From: an uncultured Candidatus Saccharibacteria bacterium | GTDB taxonomy: Bacteria > Patescibacteriota > Minisyncoccia > Phycocordibacterales > UBA9973 | Assembly (NCBI GenBank): GCA_964474435.1 | Contig: CAYYSI010000001.1 | Span: forward strand, 62,647-126,646 | Direction: 5' to 3' | Length of the DNA: 64,000 bases | Part shown: positions 9,490-19,370 of the stretch, one piece after another | Position numbering within the stretch: position 1 is the stretch's first letter | Layout of the letters: each line of letters begins with the position of its first letter | Notes under the pieces: generated by a model | The model's database searches: none | Told to the model about the DNA's origin: nothing | The model's input: the letters and a program-made list of their open reading frames with translations, nothing else | Translations under genes and position numbers: made by a program

Positions 9490-10052
9490 TTAAAGAAGAA
9501 TTAATAGAATATAAACTTGATAATCTTCCTTATAGCTTTAGAAAATGGAGATATCTTGCAACATATAGAAATCAATGGGATTTTTTACCAAAAACTCTTA
9601 AAGATAGAATCGCTGAGCAGTTAATGACTGCAGATTATATAGTTACGTTAGATGAATGGTTAAAACCTGCTATTACAATAAAAGAAAGGCAAAGAGTTTT
9701 ATTGTTACAGATACTTGCATCTATTTATGAAGGCGTTTTAACTTATTTGGTTTCGGAAAAAATTAAAATTGATATTTCGGATAATAAGGCATTGAAAACA
9801 ATTTATGATAAATCAACTTTTTATGGAGAAAAAAGAACATTTAGGCCAACTTTACAATTAGCTTTTGATATGGGATTGGTTAGTGAATCTTGGAATTCAA
9901 AACTAGATAAGGTAGTTGAAATAAGAAATTGGGTTCATTTGTCAAATTCAGAAAAACCAGATATTTTACATTGGATTATGAATCGTACTTGTGAAGAACA
10001 CAGAAAAGAATTAGATTTATTTCGAGAATATATAAAAATAAAATTCGATTAA
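9486..10052 (+). CDS. Putative HEPN-like protein nested between hsdS and hsdR
   Basis: ASIYEGVL (E motif) and IRNWVH (R-x3-H); ATGA overlap with hsdS; AT-rich. Confidence 0.65.
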   Translation: MIKEELIEYKLDNLPYSFRKWRYLATYRNQWDFLPKTLKDRIAEQLMTADYIVTLDEWLKPAITIKERQRVLLLQILASIYEGVLTYLVSEKIKIDISDNKALKTIYDKSTFYGEKRTFRPTLQLAFDMGLVSESWNSKLDKVVEIRNWVHLSNSEKPDILHWIMNRTCEEHRKELDLFREYIKIKFD

Positions 10053-10053
10053 T

Positions 10054-13017
10054 ATGACCACAAAAACTAACACAAAAGAATCAGGCTTTGAGGAATTCAT
10101 CGAGCAAGAGCTCGTGAGTCTCCATGGCTACCAGTCACGCCCGGCAAGTGTGTATGACAAGAAACTCTGTATGGATACTGAGCTGGTGTTGTCATTTGTG
10201 CGAAGTACTCAGCCAGATGTGTGGGCACAGCTCGAGGAGCAGCTCGGTGAAGAAACAGAGTCGAAGTTTTTGGCACGACTTGATGAAGAAATCACTTCAC
10301 GAGGGTTGCTGTCAGTGCTACGCGAAGGAATCACTGATCGTGGGGTGCGATTTCGGCTCGCCTTTTGGAAACCACAGAATGACATGAACCCAGAAACTAT
10401 TGCGGATTATGCGGGCAATATATTGAGTGTTATACGTCAGGTCAAATATAGTGAAAAGAATGAGAACTCCATTGATATGGTGCTCTTTGTGAATGGGCTG
10501 CCAATATTTACTGTCGAACTCAAAAATCAGTTTACAGGGCAAAACGTCATTAATGCCATCCAGCAGTACAAAACTGATCGCGATCAGAAGGAGAAGTTAT
10601 TGTCGTTCAAACGCTGCTTGACTCACTTTGCTGCAGATACAGACCAGGCGTATATGACGACCAGGTTGTCGGGGCTAACGACCTATTTCTTGCCATTCAA
10701 TAAGGGTGACAAAGGTTCTGCAGGTAATCCAGTAGCACCAAAAGGAAAGTATAAAACGTACTATCTCTGGGAAGAAGTATGGGCAAAGGATAGTATGTTT
10801 GATTTGCTTGGGAATTTCATACAGGAAGTTGTAGAAGAAAAAGAAGACAAAAACGGGCGACGTCGTCGTGATGAGAAGCTGATCTTCCCTCGGTATCATC
10901 AGCTCGATACGGTGCGACGAATTGTGCAGGACGCACGAGAATATGGATCGGGTAAAAATTATTTGATTCAGCATAGTGCAGGGTCTGGTAAAAGTAACAC
11001 GATCGCATGGGTAGCGCATCGGCTCGCAGAGCTGCACACTACACAAAACCACAATGTGTTTGATGGTGTCATCGTGATTACTGATCGACGCGTATTGGAT
11101 CGCCAATTGTCAGAGACGGTGAAGAGCTTCAGTCAGACGACGGGATTAGTAAAACATGTGGAATCATCCGCTGATTTGCGGGAAGCGCTGGAAGGTGGAG
11201 TAAAGATTATTACGAGTACGCTGCAAAAATTCCCAGTGATCGTGGAAACGATTGAAAAAACGGCAGGCAAGCGATTTGCAATTATCGTAGACGAAGCACA
11301 TTCATCACAGTCGGGTGAAAGTGCGGCTGATTTGCGACAGGCACTGACGTTGGATGAGGCAACACAACAAGAAGAAAAAGAAGAGAAGCTGTTCAAGACA
11401 GTAGAAGATCAGCTCATAGAACGCATGAAGGCGCGAAAGGTTTCGTCTCCAAACTTGAGCTTCTTCGCATTCACTGCAACACCAAAACAAAAGACACTTG
11501 AATTATTTGGAACAGAGGATCTGGTATCAGGGAAATTTAATCCGTTCTCACTATACTCAATGAAGCAGGCAATTGAAGAGAAATTCATTTTGGATGTATT
11601 GAAAAACTACACGATGTACGAGACGTATTTTGGCCTATTGAAAAAGGTAGAAGATGATCCAGAATTTGATAAGAAAAAGGCACAACGACTGATGGTGGGC
11701 TATGTAGAGCGACATGAGCATGTGATCGATAAAAAGGTCGCGATAATGGTCGAGCATTTTGAAGAAAAGATTGCACGGTTGATTGATGGAAAGGCGAAAG
11801 CTATAGTGGTCACCAAATCACGCCTCCATGCAGTACGGTACAAAATCGCATTTGACAAATATCTCAAAGAAAAGGGGTATAAGCACAAATCATTAGTGGC
11901 TTTTTCTGGCACCGTTAAAGATGGTGATACAGAAGTTACTGAGGGACAGATGAATAAAGTCCCAGAAAGTCAGACCGCAGAAGAGTTCAAGAAAGATGAC
12001 TATAAATTTCTCATTGTGGCTGAAAAGTTTCAAACAGGCTTTGATCAGCCGTTGTTGTCAGTCATGTATGTTGATAAAAAATTGGGAGGAGTAAATGCGG
12101 TACAGACCCTTTCACGATTGAATCGCACGACATATGACAAGGATGAAACATTTGTGCTCGATTTCGTCAACGAGACTGACGATATTAAGGAGGCATTTCA
12201 GCCCTACTATACAACGACGATTTTGTCAGAAGCGACCAACCCAAATATTTTGCATGATCTGGAGCGTGATGTGCGAAACTTTAAATTCTTTAGCGATTTT
12301 GAAATCAATGGATTTGTAGAGGAGTATTTTGGAGGTGCGACGCCTGATAAACTCAACCATATCATTGATGGAGTTGTTGCCCGTATTCAAAATGAAAATC
12401 TCACTCAAGAAGAGATAGAAGGATTTAAATCAACTGGAAGTGATTATCTGCGAAAATATTCATTTATATCTCAAATTGTAACATTCGAAGACCCACAGCT
12501 TGAAAAGTTATATATTTTCTTGAAATTCTTGATAAAGAAGTTACCCAAATACCCTGATCCGTTGCCGTACGAAGTATTGGAAGCAGTTGATATGGAAAGT
12601 TATAAAATTGAGAAAAAAGTTGAGACAAACATTGCACTTGAAAACAAAGATGGTGAAATCGATCCAATGAGTGGAAGTGGTGATCGCAAGGGTGGTAGTG
12701 AGGAAGAGCTCGATATGCTTTCAAAAATTATTAAGGAAATAAATGAGCGCTATGGCACCAATTTCTCCGATACAGATCGAGTTATCTTGAATGATTTGAG
12801 TTTGCGACTTCTCAAAAATGAAATCTTACAGGGTTCAGTCAAAAACAATAGTAAAGATGCTGCAAAATTGAAGTTTGATCAAATGTTCCAAGACGAGCTC
12901 GTCGGCGTACTTGATAATCATTTCAGTCTTTATCAGAAATTGGATCAGAGTCCAGAACTCAAGAAGTTTGTGCAAGAAAAAGTGTTTGAGTACGTTATAA
13001 GGAAAATGGATAAATAA
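10054..13017 (+). CDS. hsdR: Type I RM restriction subunit
   Basis: D...ELK nuclease motif, QHSAGSGKS Walker A, DEAH, FTATP. Confidence 0.95.
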   Translation: MTTKTNTKESGFEEFIEQELVSLHGYQSRPASVYDKKLCMDTELVLSFVRSTQPDVWAQLEEQLGEETESKFLARLDEEITSRGLLSVLREGITDRGVRFRLAFWKPQNDMNPETIADYAGNILSVIRQVKYSEKNENSIDMVLFVNGLPIFTVELKNQFTGQNVINAIQQYKTDRDQKEKLLSFKRCLTHFAADTDQAYMTTRLSGLTTYFLPFNKGDKGSAGNPVAPKGKYKTYYLWEEVWAKDSMFDLLGNFIQEVVEEKEDKNGRRRRDEKLIFPRYHQLDTVRRIVQDAREYGSGKNYLIQHSAGSGKSNTIAWVAHRLAELHTTQNHNVFDGVIVITDRRVLDRQLSETVKSFSQTTGLVKHVESSADLREALEGGVKIITSTLQKFPVIVETIEKTAGKRFAIIVDEAHSSQSGESAADLRQALTLDEATQQEEKEEKLFKTVEDQLIERMKARKVSSPNLSFFAFTATPKQKTLELFGTEDLVSGKFNPFSLYSMKQAIEEKFILDVLKNYTMYETYFGLLKKVEDDPEFDKKKAQRLMVGYVERHEHVIDKKVAIMVEHFEEKIARLIDGKAKAIVVTKSRLHAVRYKIAFDKYLKEKGYKHKSLVAFSGTVKDGDTEVTEGQMNKVPESQTAEEFKKDDYKFLIVAEKFQTGFDQPLLSVMYVDKKLGGVNAVQTLSRLNRTTYDKDETFVLDFVNETDDIKEAFQPYYTTTILSEATNPNILHDLERDVRNFKFFSDFEINGFVEEYFGGATPDKLNHIIDGVVARIQNENLTQEEIEGFKSTGSDYLRKYSFISQIVTFEDPQLEKLYIFLKFLIKKLPKYPDPLPYEVLEAVDMESYKIEKKVETNIALENKDGEIDPMSGSGDRKGGSEEELDMLSKIIKEINERYGTNFSDTDRVILNDLSLRLLKNEILQGSVKNNSKDAAKLKFDQMFQDELVGVLDNHFSLYQKLDQSPELKKFVQEKVFEYVIRKMDK

Positions 13018-13469
13018 TGAAAAAAGAAAGAACGATTATAACCGAAGATTTTGTACAACGAAGCGTTATTAGGTATCTCGAAAAGAACGGCTGGAGCAAA
13101 TCATTGAAAAGTGCTGAACTGTGGGAACAGGGAGTAGATATTAAGGTTTGTAATAACAAGTTCTCACGATATTGGCTTATTGAAGCAAAAGCCGATCCTT
13201 CAATTACAGTAAAGAGTCCTACAGGCAGTATGAGTAGTAGTTTCAATTCTGCTTTGGGTCAAATAATAACGAGGATGCACACAAAAGGTGCTAGAGGATA
13301 TAAATATCGTTATAAATATGGCATAGCTTTCCCTGTGTCATTTAAGAAAATGGTTTTGAGAAAAATTCCGTATGACGTAATGGATAAACTGAATCTTTAT
13401 TTGTTTTTCGTTAATGAAATTGGGAATATTGAGGTGTATGATTGGCGTATTGTAAGAAAATTAAAATAA
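13017..13469 (+). CDS. Small PD-(D/E)XK nuclease-fold protein
   Basis: E..VQ helix, GVDI, IEAK and ALGQ motifs; translationally coupled to hsdR. Confidence 0.7.
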   Translation: MKKERTIITEDFVQRSVIRYLEKNGWSKSLKSAELWEQGVDIKVCNNKFSRYWLIEAKADPSITVKSPTGSMSSSFNSALGQIITRMHTKGARGYKYRYKYGIAFPVSFKKMVLRKIPYDVMDKLNLYLFFVNEIGNIEVYDWRIVRKLK

Positions 13470-13471
13470 TT

Positions 13472-13957
13472 ATGCCCCTCCATCCCGAAACAACTATTGG
13501 ACACATTCATCTCACTGTCAGCGACCTTGAGCGAGCACTTGGATTTTATCGTGACTTGCTGGGGTTTGAAGTCACGGCGAAGTATGGAGATCATGCAGTA
13601 TTTCTTTCGGCGGGAGGGTACCATCACCACATAGGGCTCAATACATGGGCAGGGAAAGGGGTGACACCGCCACCAGAGGGGCACACGGGGCTGTATCATG
13701 CAGCAATATTGTTTCCGAGCCGCAAGGCATTGGCAACAGTGCTCAAGCATCTCATGGACAACGGATACCCAATCGATGGGGCGTCTGATCATGGAGTATC
13801 AGAGGCGATATATTTGCATGATCCAGACCGAAATGGTATCGAGCTCTACTGTGACCGCCCAAAGGAAACGTGGAAGGTAAATAATGACGGACTTGTTGAG
13901 ATGGATACCAAGCCGCTCGATATCGATGACTTGCTCGCCCAGGCAGATATAGACTGA
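13472..13957 (+). CDS. VOC/glyoxalase family protein (CatE-like, single domain)
   Basis: IGHIHLTV, GGYHHHIGLNTW, DHGVSEAIYLHDPDRNGIE. Confidence 0.9.
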   Translation: MPLHPETTIGHIHLTVSDLERALGFYRDLLGFEVTAKYGDHAVFLSAGGYHHHIGLNTWAGKGVTPPPEGHTGLYHAAILFPSRKALATVLKHLMDNGYPIDGASDHGVSEAIYLHDPDRNGIELYCDRPKETWKVNNDGLVEMDTKPLDIDDLLAQADID

Positions 13958-13994
13958 AAGAGGCGCCTGTAGCTTTCTGCTATACTACACCCCT

Positions 13995-15152
13995 ATGTCC
14001 AAAACGAAGGTATTGCTGCTCATAACGGTGTTTATCGACATCATCGGGCTCGGGGTGATCATCCCGGTATTGCCATTTTATGTCCAAGGATTTGGCGTAT
14101 CTGACGCAGTGGTGACGGTGCTGTTTGCGGTGTATGCGCTTCTCTCATTTCTCTCGGCACCATTTCTCGGGTCGCTGTCGGACAAGATCGGGCGACGGCC
14201 AGTGCTCGTCGTGAGTATCGCAAGTAGTGCGGTCGGGTGGCTCGTCTTTGCATCGGCGCACAGCATTTGGGTACTCTTTCTCGGTCGTATCATCGACGGA
14301 CTTGCTGCCGGCAACATCACGAGTGCACAGAGTGCGCTTGCCGATATTGCACGAGATGACAAGGAGCGCACGGTCAACATGGGACTCTTTGGTGCACTGT
14401 TTGGTGTTGGGTTTATCGTGGGGCCGGCGATCGGAGGACTGCTTGCGCATGTGGGGACGACGGCACCATTTTGGTTTGTGGGAATACTTGCATCCCTCAA
14501 TGCAGTCTTTGCGTATTTCATGTTGCCAGAGACACATCATGCCAAGGATCATCACAAGAAACTTTCGTACAATCCATTTATACCGATCCGCGACGGTTTT
14601 CGCAAACCAGAGATGCGCAAACTCTTTGCGACATGGACTGTGTTTGGGATCGCACTGTCGCTGCAGCAAAGTAGCTTTTCGCTCTACATGGCGCGCGTCT
14701 TTGGGGTTACGGCAACGACGATTGGGATTGTGTTTGGGTTGATCGGCGTACTCATTGTCATCAACCAGCTCGTGTTGCTCAAGCGGGTATGGTTTCGGTT
14801 TGGGTCGCAGATGCAGATCGCACAGATCATGGCAGTCGTCTTTGCGATCGGTATGTTGCTGCAGTCTGCGCCACTTGTCGTCATGCTCGTCATGGGGATT
14901 ATTGCAACGACGATCGGGCAAGGTACGCTGCGCGCAGTATATGGTGGACTGATCGCGAATGCGTCTGCGGCAAAACGAGGAGAGTACATTGGTATCTCTG
15001 CATCGCTCATGTCGCTCTCGATGGTGATTGGCCCGTTCATTGCAACATTTCTCGTTGCCAAGCATCCAGGAATACCTCTTGTGATTGCGGGATTTCTCGG
15101 GCTCGTCATGTATCTCATGAATGTCAGGTGGAAGAAGTACCAGCTCGCGTAG
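13995..15152 (+). CDS. MFS transporter (TetA/DHA1-like)
   Basis: GSLSDKIGRRPV motif A, GRIIDG motif B, GPAIGG motif C; ~12 TM. Confidence 0.92.
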   Translation: MSKTKVLLLITVFIDIIGLGVIIPVLPFYVQGFGVSDAVVTVLFAVYALLSFLSAPFLGSLSDKIGRRPVLVVSIASSAVGWLVFASAHSIWVLFLGRIIDGLAAGNITSAQSALADIARDDKERTVNMGLFGALFGVGFIVGPAIGGLLAHVGTTAPFWFVGILASLNAVFAYFMLPETHHAKDHHKKLSYNPFIPIRDGFRKPEMRKLFATWTVFGIALSLQQSSFSLYMARVFGVTATTIGIVFGLIGVLIVINQLVLLKRVWFRFGSQMQIAQIMAVVFAIGMLLQSAPLVVMLVMGIIATTIGQGTLRAVYGGLIANASAAKRGEYIGISASLMSLSMVIGPFIATFLVAKHPGIPLVIAGFLGLVMYLMNVRWKKYQLA

Positions 15153-15167
15153 TGCTATACTCTACAT

Positions 15168-15566
15168 ATGAAAAAAGGATTTCACACACATATCGAAAAG
15201 CTTACCAACGACAACACGGCATTTCGTCACGTGTTGTATACAGGTGCGCATATGCAGCTCGTACTCATGACACTTGGCGTTGCAGAAGAGATTGGTGCAG
15301 AAGTCCATGCGGACAATGATCAGTTTTTTCGGTTTGAGTCAGGGTTGGGCACAGTGATCATCAATGATACCGAGTATCATGTCGGCGACGGAGATGCAGT
15401 GGTTGTCCCTGCGGGCGCACAGCACAACGTCATGAACACGGGGAGTGAGCCACTGAAATTTTATACGATCTATGCACCAGCGCATCACAAAGATGGCATC
15501 GTCCGTGCTACCAAGCAGGAAGCGATGGATACTGAAGCGGAGTTTGATGGTGTAACAACTGAGTAA
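15168..15566 (+). CDS. Cupin domain protein
   Basis: EIGAEVH...DQFFRFE and VPAGAQHNV cupin motifs. Confidence 0.9.
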   Translation: MKKGFHTHIEKLTNDNTAFRHVLYTGAHMQLVLMTLGVAEEIGAEVHADNDQFFRFESGLGTVIINDTEYHVGDGDAVVVPAGAQHNVMNTGSEPLKFYTIYAPAHHKDGIVRATKQEAMDTEAEFDGVTTE

Positions 15567-15576
15567 TACTTATTTT

Positions 15577-16068
15577 ATGAACAAAAAACTATTTTTTAGT
15601 ATTGCCGGCATCGTTATCATTGGAGCGATTTTTGTATGGTACAAGAAAGGCTTTGCGCCCGTTGTCACCGAGGTACCATTTGCCGAAAGCCGCGCATACT
15701 GTTTCGGACGGCTCCAAGAAGCCACAGAGGATGCGCCGTATCGCGTGGAGGAGCATATGAAGCTCACGCGGGTGCGAGGAATGATCGAGGGGACGAAGTC
15801 GGGGACACAGAGTGGGCCTGATATGACGAACGGATTTGAAGGAACGATGAAAGGCGAGGCAAAGGACGGATATCTCGAGTTTACCTACAGCTACACAATC
15901 GAAGGCTCAAAGCAAAAAGAATTTGAAGTGTACACGATCGACGGATCAGACTTGGTGAAGCAACGCTACACACTCGACATGGCAAAGAAAGATGGAGAAG
16001 ATATCCTCATCCCCAATCTCACATCAAAGGCGACCCAGCTCGTCTACACATCTGAGCCGTGCAAGTAA
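15577..16068 (+). CDS. Hypothetical membrane-anchored protein
   Basis: N-terminal TM then beta-rich soluble domain. Confidence 0.75.
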   Translation: MNKKLFFSIAGIVIIGAIFVWYKKGFAPVVTEVPFAESRAYCFGRLQEATEDAPYRVEEHMKLTRVRGMIEGTKSGTQSGPDMTNGFEGTMKGEAKDGYLEFTYSYTIEGSKQKEFEVYTIDGSDLVKQRYTLDMAKKDGEDILIPNLTSKATQLVYTSEPCK

Positions 16069-16127
16069 TTGGCGTATTGTTGGTATACTAGAGAGGTAGG
16101 CGTTATTAGGTTATCTATATACTATTT

Positions 16128-16460
16128 ATGACATTCATCATTGGAATTCTATTGGGAGGAGCAGCAGTTATTTTTGCATTACAAAATGTCGGGACGATCA
16201 TGGTGACGTTCCTCGGGTGGCAGTTTGAGGGATCGATCGCACTCATTGTGATCATCAGCTTGCTTGCAGGTATTGTTATCAGCCTGTTGTTTTCGCTCTC
16301 TGCATTTATCCAAGGCATGATCAGCGAGTCCAGACTCAAGCGACACAATGAAGCATTGCGCCGCGAACTCGATGACCACAAGGCAATGCTCGACGAAGCA
16401 AACAAAAGGCTTGCCGAAACTCCACCCGTCGTCGTGGTCAATACAACTGATACACAATAA
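16128..16460 (+). CDS. LapA/DUF1049-family membrane protein
   Basis: FALQN motif, two TM helices, C-terminal coiled coil. Confidence 0.82.
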   Translation: MTFIIGILLGGAAVIFALQNVGTIMVTFLGWQFEGSIALIVIISLLAGIVISLLFSLSAFIQGMISESRLKRHNEALRRELDDHKAMLDEANKRLAETPPVVVVNTTDTQ

Positions 16461-16505
16461 TAATACAAATGGCACCACGCAGGTGCCATTTGGTATACTG
16501 GGAAC

Positions 16506-17261
16506 ATGAATACAAAATTATGGGGAGGAATAGTGGTAACGATATTGGTTATTGGAGGCATCATATGGGCACACAATCAGGCACCAGTGGACATGAATGT
16601 GCCACAAGAGGTGAAAAATGATGTGGTCTTTTATGATCAGGCAACTGGGGAGGCGGTACCGGCATCATTTGGCGCAAGTAGTGTGACATTTACCGAGGAA
16701 TCATTGGGTACTATGACATTGCCACAGGCAATGTCTGCATCCGGTGCGCGCTATGCCAATGCTGATGAGAGTATTGTGTTCTGGAACAAGGGTGATTCAG
16801 TGTTTATTACACAAAATGGCACGATCATCTTTAATGGTTCTACTAGCACACCTGCAGTATCTACAGATACTCCCAAAGGTAAGCTTCCAGCGGGCTCAAA
16901 AGCTCCTGGAGATCCAAAAGCACTCATCGGGACATGGGTGTGGGACAGGACAGTGATGCGTGATGGTAGTGTGCTTATTCCTAATAAGTCAGGAGTAGTA
17001 TTCACACTTACTCTTACAACTGATGGCAAGGTCTCAGGTAAGACTGATTGTAATGGTTTTGGGGGTGAATATAAAATTGGAAGTGATGGATTCATATCAT
17101 TTGGTCCATTTGTGTCGACACAGATGTATTGTGAAGGCTCACAAGAGAGTATATACACCAATGCTCTTTTGAAGGCGACTCGGTATGCATTTGATGCACG
17201 ACTAAACTTGGTGATCAATATTGAAGGGGGTACCAGTACGATGATATTTACCAAGAAATAA
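16506..17261 (+). CDS. MliC-like lysozyme-inhibitor domain + META (HslJ) domain protein
   Basis: SASGARY...FWNKG (MliC); GKTDCNGFGGEY...STQMYC (META). Confidence 0.85.
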   Translation: MNTKLWGGIVVTILVIGGIIWAHNQAPVDMNVPQEVKNDVVFYDQATGEAVPASFGASSVTFTEESLGTMTLPQAMSASGARYANADESIVFWNKGDSVFITQNGTIIFNGSTSTPAVSTDTPKGKLPAGSKAPGDPKALIGTWVWDRTVMRDGSVLIPNKSGVVFTLTLTTDGKVSGKTDCNGFGGEYKIGSDGFISFGPFVSTQMYCEGSQESIYTNALLKATRYAFDARLNLVINIEGGTSTMIFTKK

Positions 17262-17356
17262 TTGCTCATTCCATATCTGGTATGGGTATGGTATAATATA
17301 CGGGACGGCGGGGGACACCCCCACAACGCCTCAGTTTAGTAATAATCAATATCATT

Positions 17357-17623
17357 ATGCCAACAGCAGCACCAAAAGCGAACTCAGCGTTCATGAAGCC
17401 AATGAAACTTAGTCCAGAACTCGAAGCAGTGGTCGGAACAGGACCAATGCCACGAAGTGAAGTGGTTAAGGCTCTCTGGGTGTACATCAAGAAGCATGAC
17501 CTTCAGGACCCAGCAAACAAGCGCAACATCAACGCCGATGACAAGCTCAAGAAAGTATTCGACGGCAAGGCAACGGTGAACATGTTCGAAATGACAAAGC
17601 TCGTTTCAAAGCATCTCTCATAA
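17357..17623 (+). CDS. Stand-alone SWIB/MDM2 domain protein
   Basis: LSPELEAVVG...RSEVVKALWVYIKKHDLQDP...INADDKL. Confidence 0.92.
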   Translation: MPTAAPKANSAFMKPMKLSPELEAVVGTGPMPRSEVVKALWVYIKKHDLQDPANKRNINADDKLKKVFDGKATVNMFEMTKLVSKHLS

Positions 17624-17633
17624 CTCTCTCAAT

Positions 17634-17662
17634 AAAAACCTCTCCATGTTGGAGAGGTTTTT
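17634..17662. terminator. Intrinsic terminator
   Basis: AAAAACCTCTCCA-tgt-TGGAGAGGTTTTT. Confidence 0.8.
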
Positions 17663-17683
17663 ATATTGGCATATACTTCGTAC

Positions 17684-18871
17684 ATGGACGACGAACCAGA
17701 GCGACAGTCGCATCGACATCATTTTGTGTTTTTCTTTTTTATCCTCGCATTTATATTCTCGATCGGCACGATCGGTCCCGAAAAGGCATTTCATATGCCA
17801 CAGTCCGCCCCCAGTGTTGCAAGTACCGAAAGTACTGTTGACATCCCGCCAGCTGAGACCATTATCAGGTCAGAGATCTCGTCACCGCATCAAGAACAAC
17901 CATATCGACTCCATGGCATATACCTCACAGGATGGAAGGCTGGTACGACATCTGGTCTTGCACATGCGCACGAGCTGATCGAGGGAGGCATCGTCAACGC
18001 AGTCATCATCGATATCAAGGACTCAACAGGCAAACTCTCGTACGAGCCACTTGATCCGATCCTTGCTGCGACAGGGGTAGGGACGAAACGTATACGAGAT
18101 CTCGCTGGAGTGATCAAAACATTCCATGATCGCGGTGTCTATGTGATCGGGCGTGTCGCAGTATTCCAAGACCCATTTTACTCACATCTGCATCCAGAGG
18201 ACGCGCTGCATGATACGCGCACGGGTGGCGTATGGACTGATTACAAAAATATCGCATGGCTGCGACCCGACAGTGTTGCGGTCTGGGACTATACGGCAGC
18301 AATCGCGCACGATGCATATACCCAAGGCTTTGACGAGATCAATCTCGACTACGTCAGGTTTCCATCTGACGGCGAATTGAAATTCATCGATATGACGCAT
18401 ATGGCAAAAAATAAGGCAGAGACAATCCAAGATTTCTTTGCGGGGATGGATGAACGAGTGAGGGCAGAGGGGGTCGGGATGTCAGCAGACGTCTTTGGGC
18501 TCACGATGAGTGCGGGAGATGATGTCGGTATTGGACAAAAGGCAGTGCTCATCGCGCCGCATGTGGACGCACTTGCACCAATGATCTATCCATCACATTT
18601 CTGGAATGGAACGTATGGGATACCAGTGCCTGCCAAAGAACCATACAAAGTTATATTTAAATCACTCTCCGATGGTATCGCAAAGCTTGCAGCTGCAGGT
18701 ATAGAAAAGGAAAAGCTCCGTCCATGGCTACAGGACTTTGATCTGCTTGGTGTTGCGTATACACCCGACATGGTGCGTGCACAGATCGAAGCGGCGCGCG
18801 ATGTCGGTATAGAGAGCTGGATGCTCTGGGATCCAAGAAACAACTATACGAAGGAAGTACTAGGACTCTAA
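17684..18871 (+). CDS. Putative glycoside hydrolase (DUF4015-like TIM barrel)
   Basis: IDIKD, GFDEINLDYVRFP, PMIYPSH, RPWLQDF motifs; N-terminal TM. Confidence 0.85.
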   Translation: MDDEPERQSHRHHFVFFFFILAFIFSIGTIGPEKAFHMPQSAPSVASTESTVDIPPAETIIRSEISSPHQEQPYRLHGIYLTGWKAGTTSGLAHAHELIEGGIVNAVIIDIKDSTGKLSYEPLDPILAATGVGTKRIRDLAGVIKTFHDRGVYVIGRVAVFQDPFYSHLHPEDALHDTRTGGVWTDYKNIAWLRPDSVAVWDYTAAIAHDAYTQGFDEINLDYVRFPSDGELKFIDMTHMAKNKAETIQDFFAGMDERVRAEGVGMSADVFGLTMSAGDDVGIGQKAVLIAPHVDALAPMIYPSHFWNGTYGIPVPAKEPYKVIFKSLSDGIAKLAAAGIEKEKLRPWLQDFDLLGVAYTPDMVRAQIEAARDVGIESWMLWDPRNNYTKEVLGL

Positions 18872-18876
18872 AACTG

Positions 18877-18949
18877 AGCCAGAAGTCGGGCTCGAACCGA
18901 CGACCACCCGTTTACAAAACGGGAGCTCTACCAACTGAGCTATTCTGGC
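18877..18949 (-). tRNA. tRNA-Thr(TGT)
   Basis: Cloverleaf GCCAGAA...TTCTGGC; anticodon arm CCCGT-TTTGTAA-ACGGG; GGTTCGAG T-arm. Confidence 0.95.
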
Positions 18950-18986
18950 GTACTACCCAACAGGCGTTGAGTAATTGGTGATACGA

Positions 18987-19370
18987 CTATATCATTTTTT
19001 GAGTTTTGGGCAAGCGTTTGTTGCCGGTTTTGCGAGGAGTAGAGATGCTTTTGAGGAAGTATGAGGATGGTCCTTGGGATAGACCAGTCATTGCATCATG
19101 CTTTGTAAATGCGGGTGCAGATTTGGGGAATACTTTCATAAAGGTAGTGCCTGCGCGCTTGGTACTCCATGAGAATACCTTTTTGGCCTGCATACCTGCA
19201 CTGTACCATCCGCGTCGAGTGAGGCGCAGGATTTGTGCCCATCGTGTTGCAAATGGTGCAGCTTCGATGAGTACGGACGGTACGCCTTGCGCGACCTTCC
19301 ATGAGACGTACATGCTATATATCCATGTACCGAGGATGAGTGTGACGAGTATGATGATCAGTACTATCAT
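18987..19370 (-). CDS. Hypothetical membrane protein downstream of tsf
   Basis: N-terminal TM; ATGA overlap with tsf stop. Confidence 0.7.
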   Translation of the reverse strand: MIVLIIILVTLILGTWIYSMYVSWKVAQGVPSVLIEAAPFATRWAQILRLTRRGWYSAGMQAKKVFSWSTKRAGTTFMKVFPKSAPAFTKHDAMTGLSQGPSSYFLKSISTPRKTGNKRLPKTQKMI

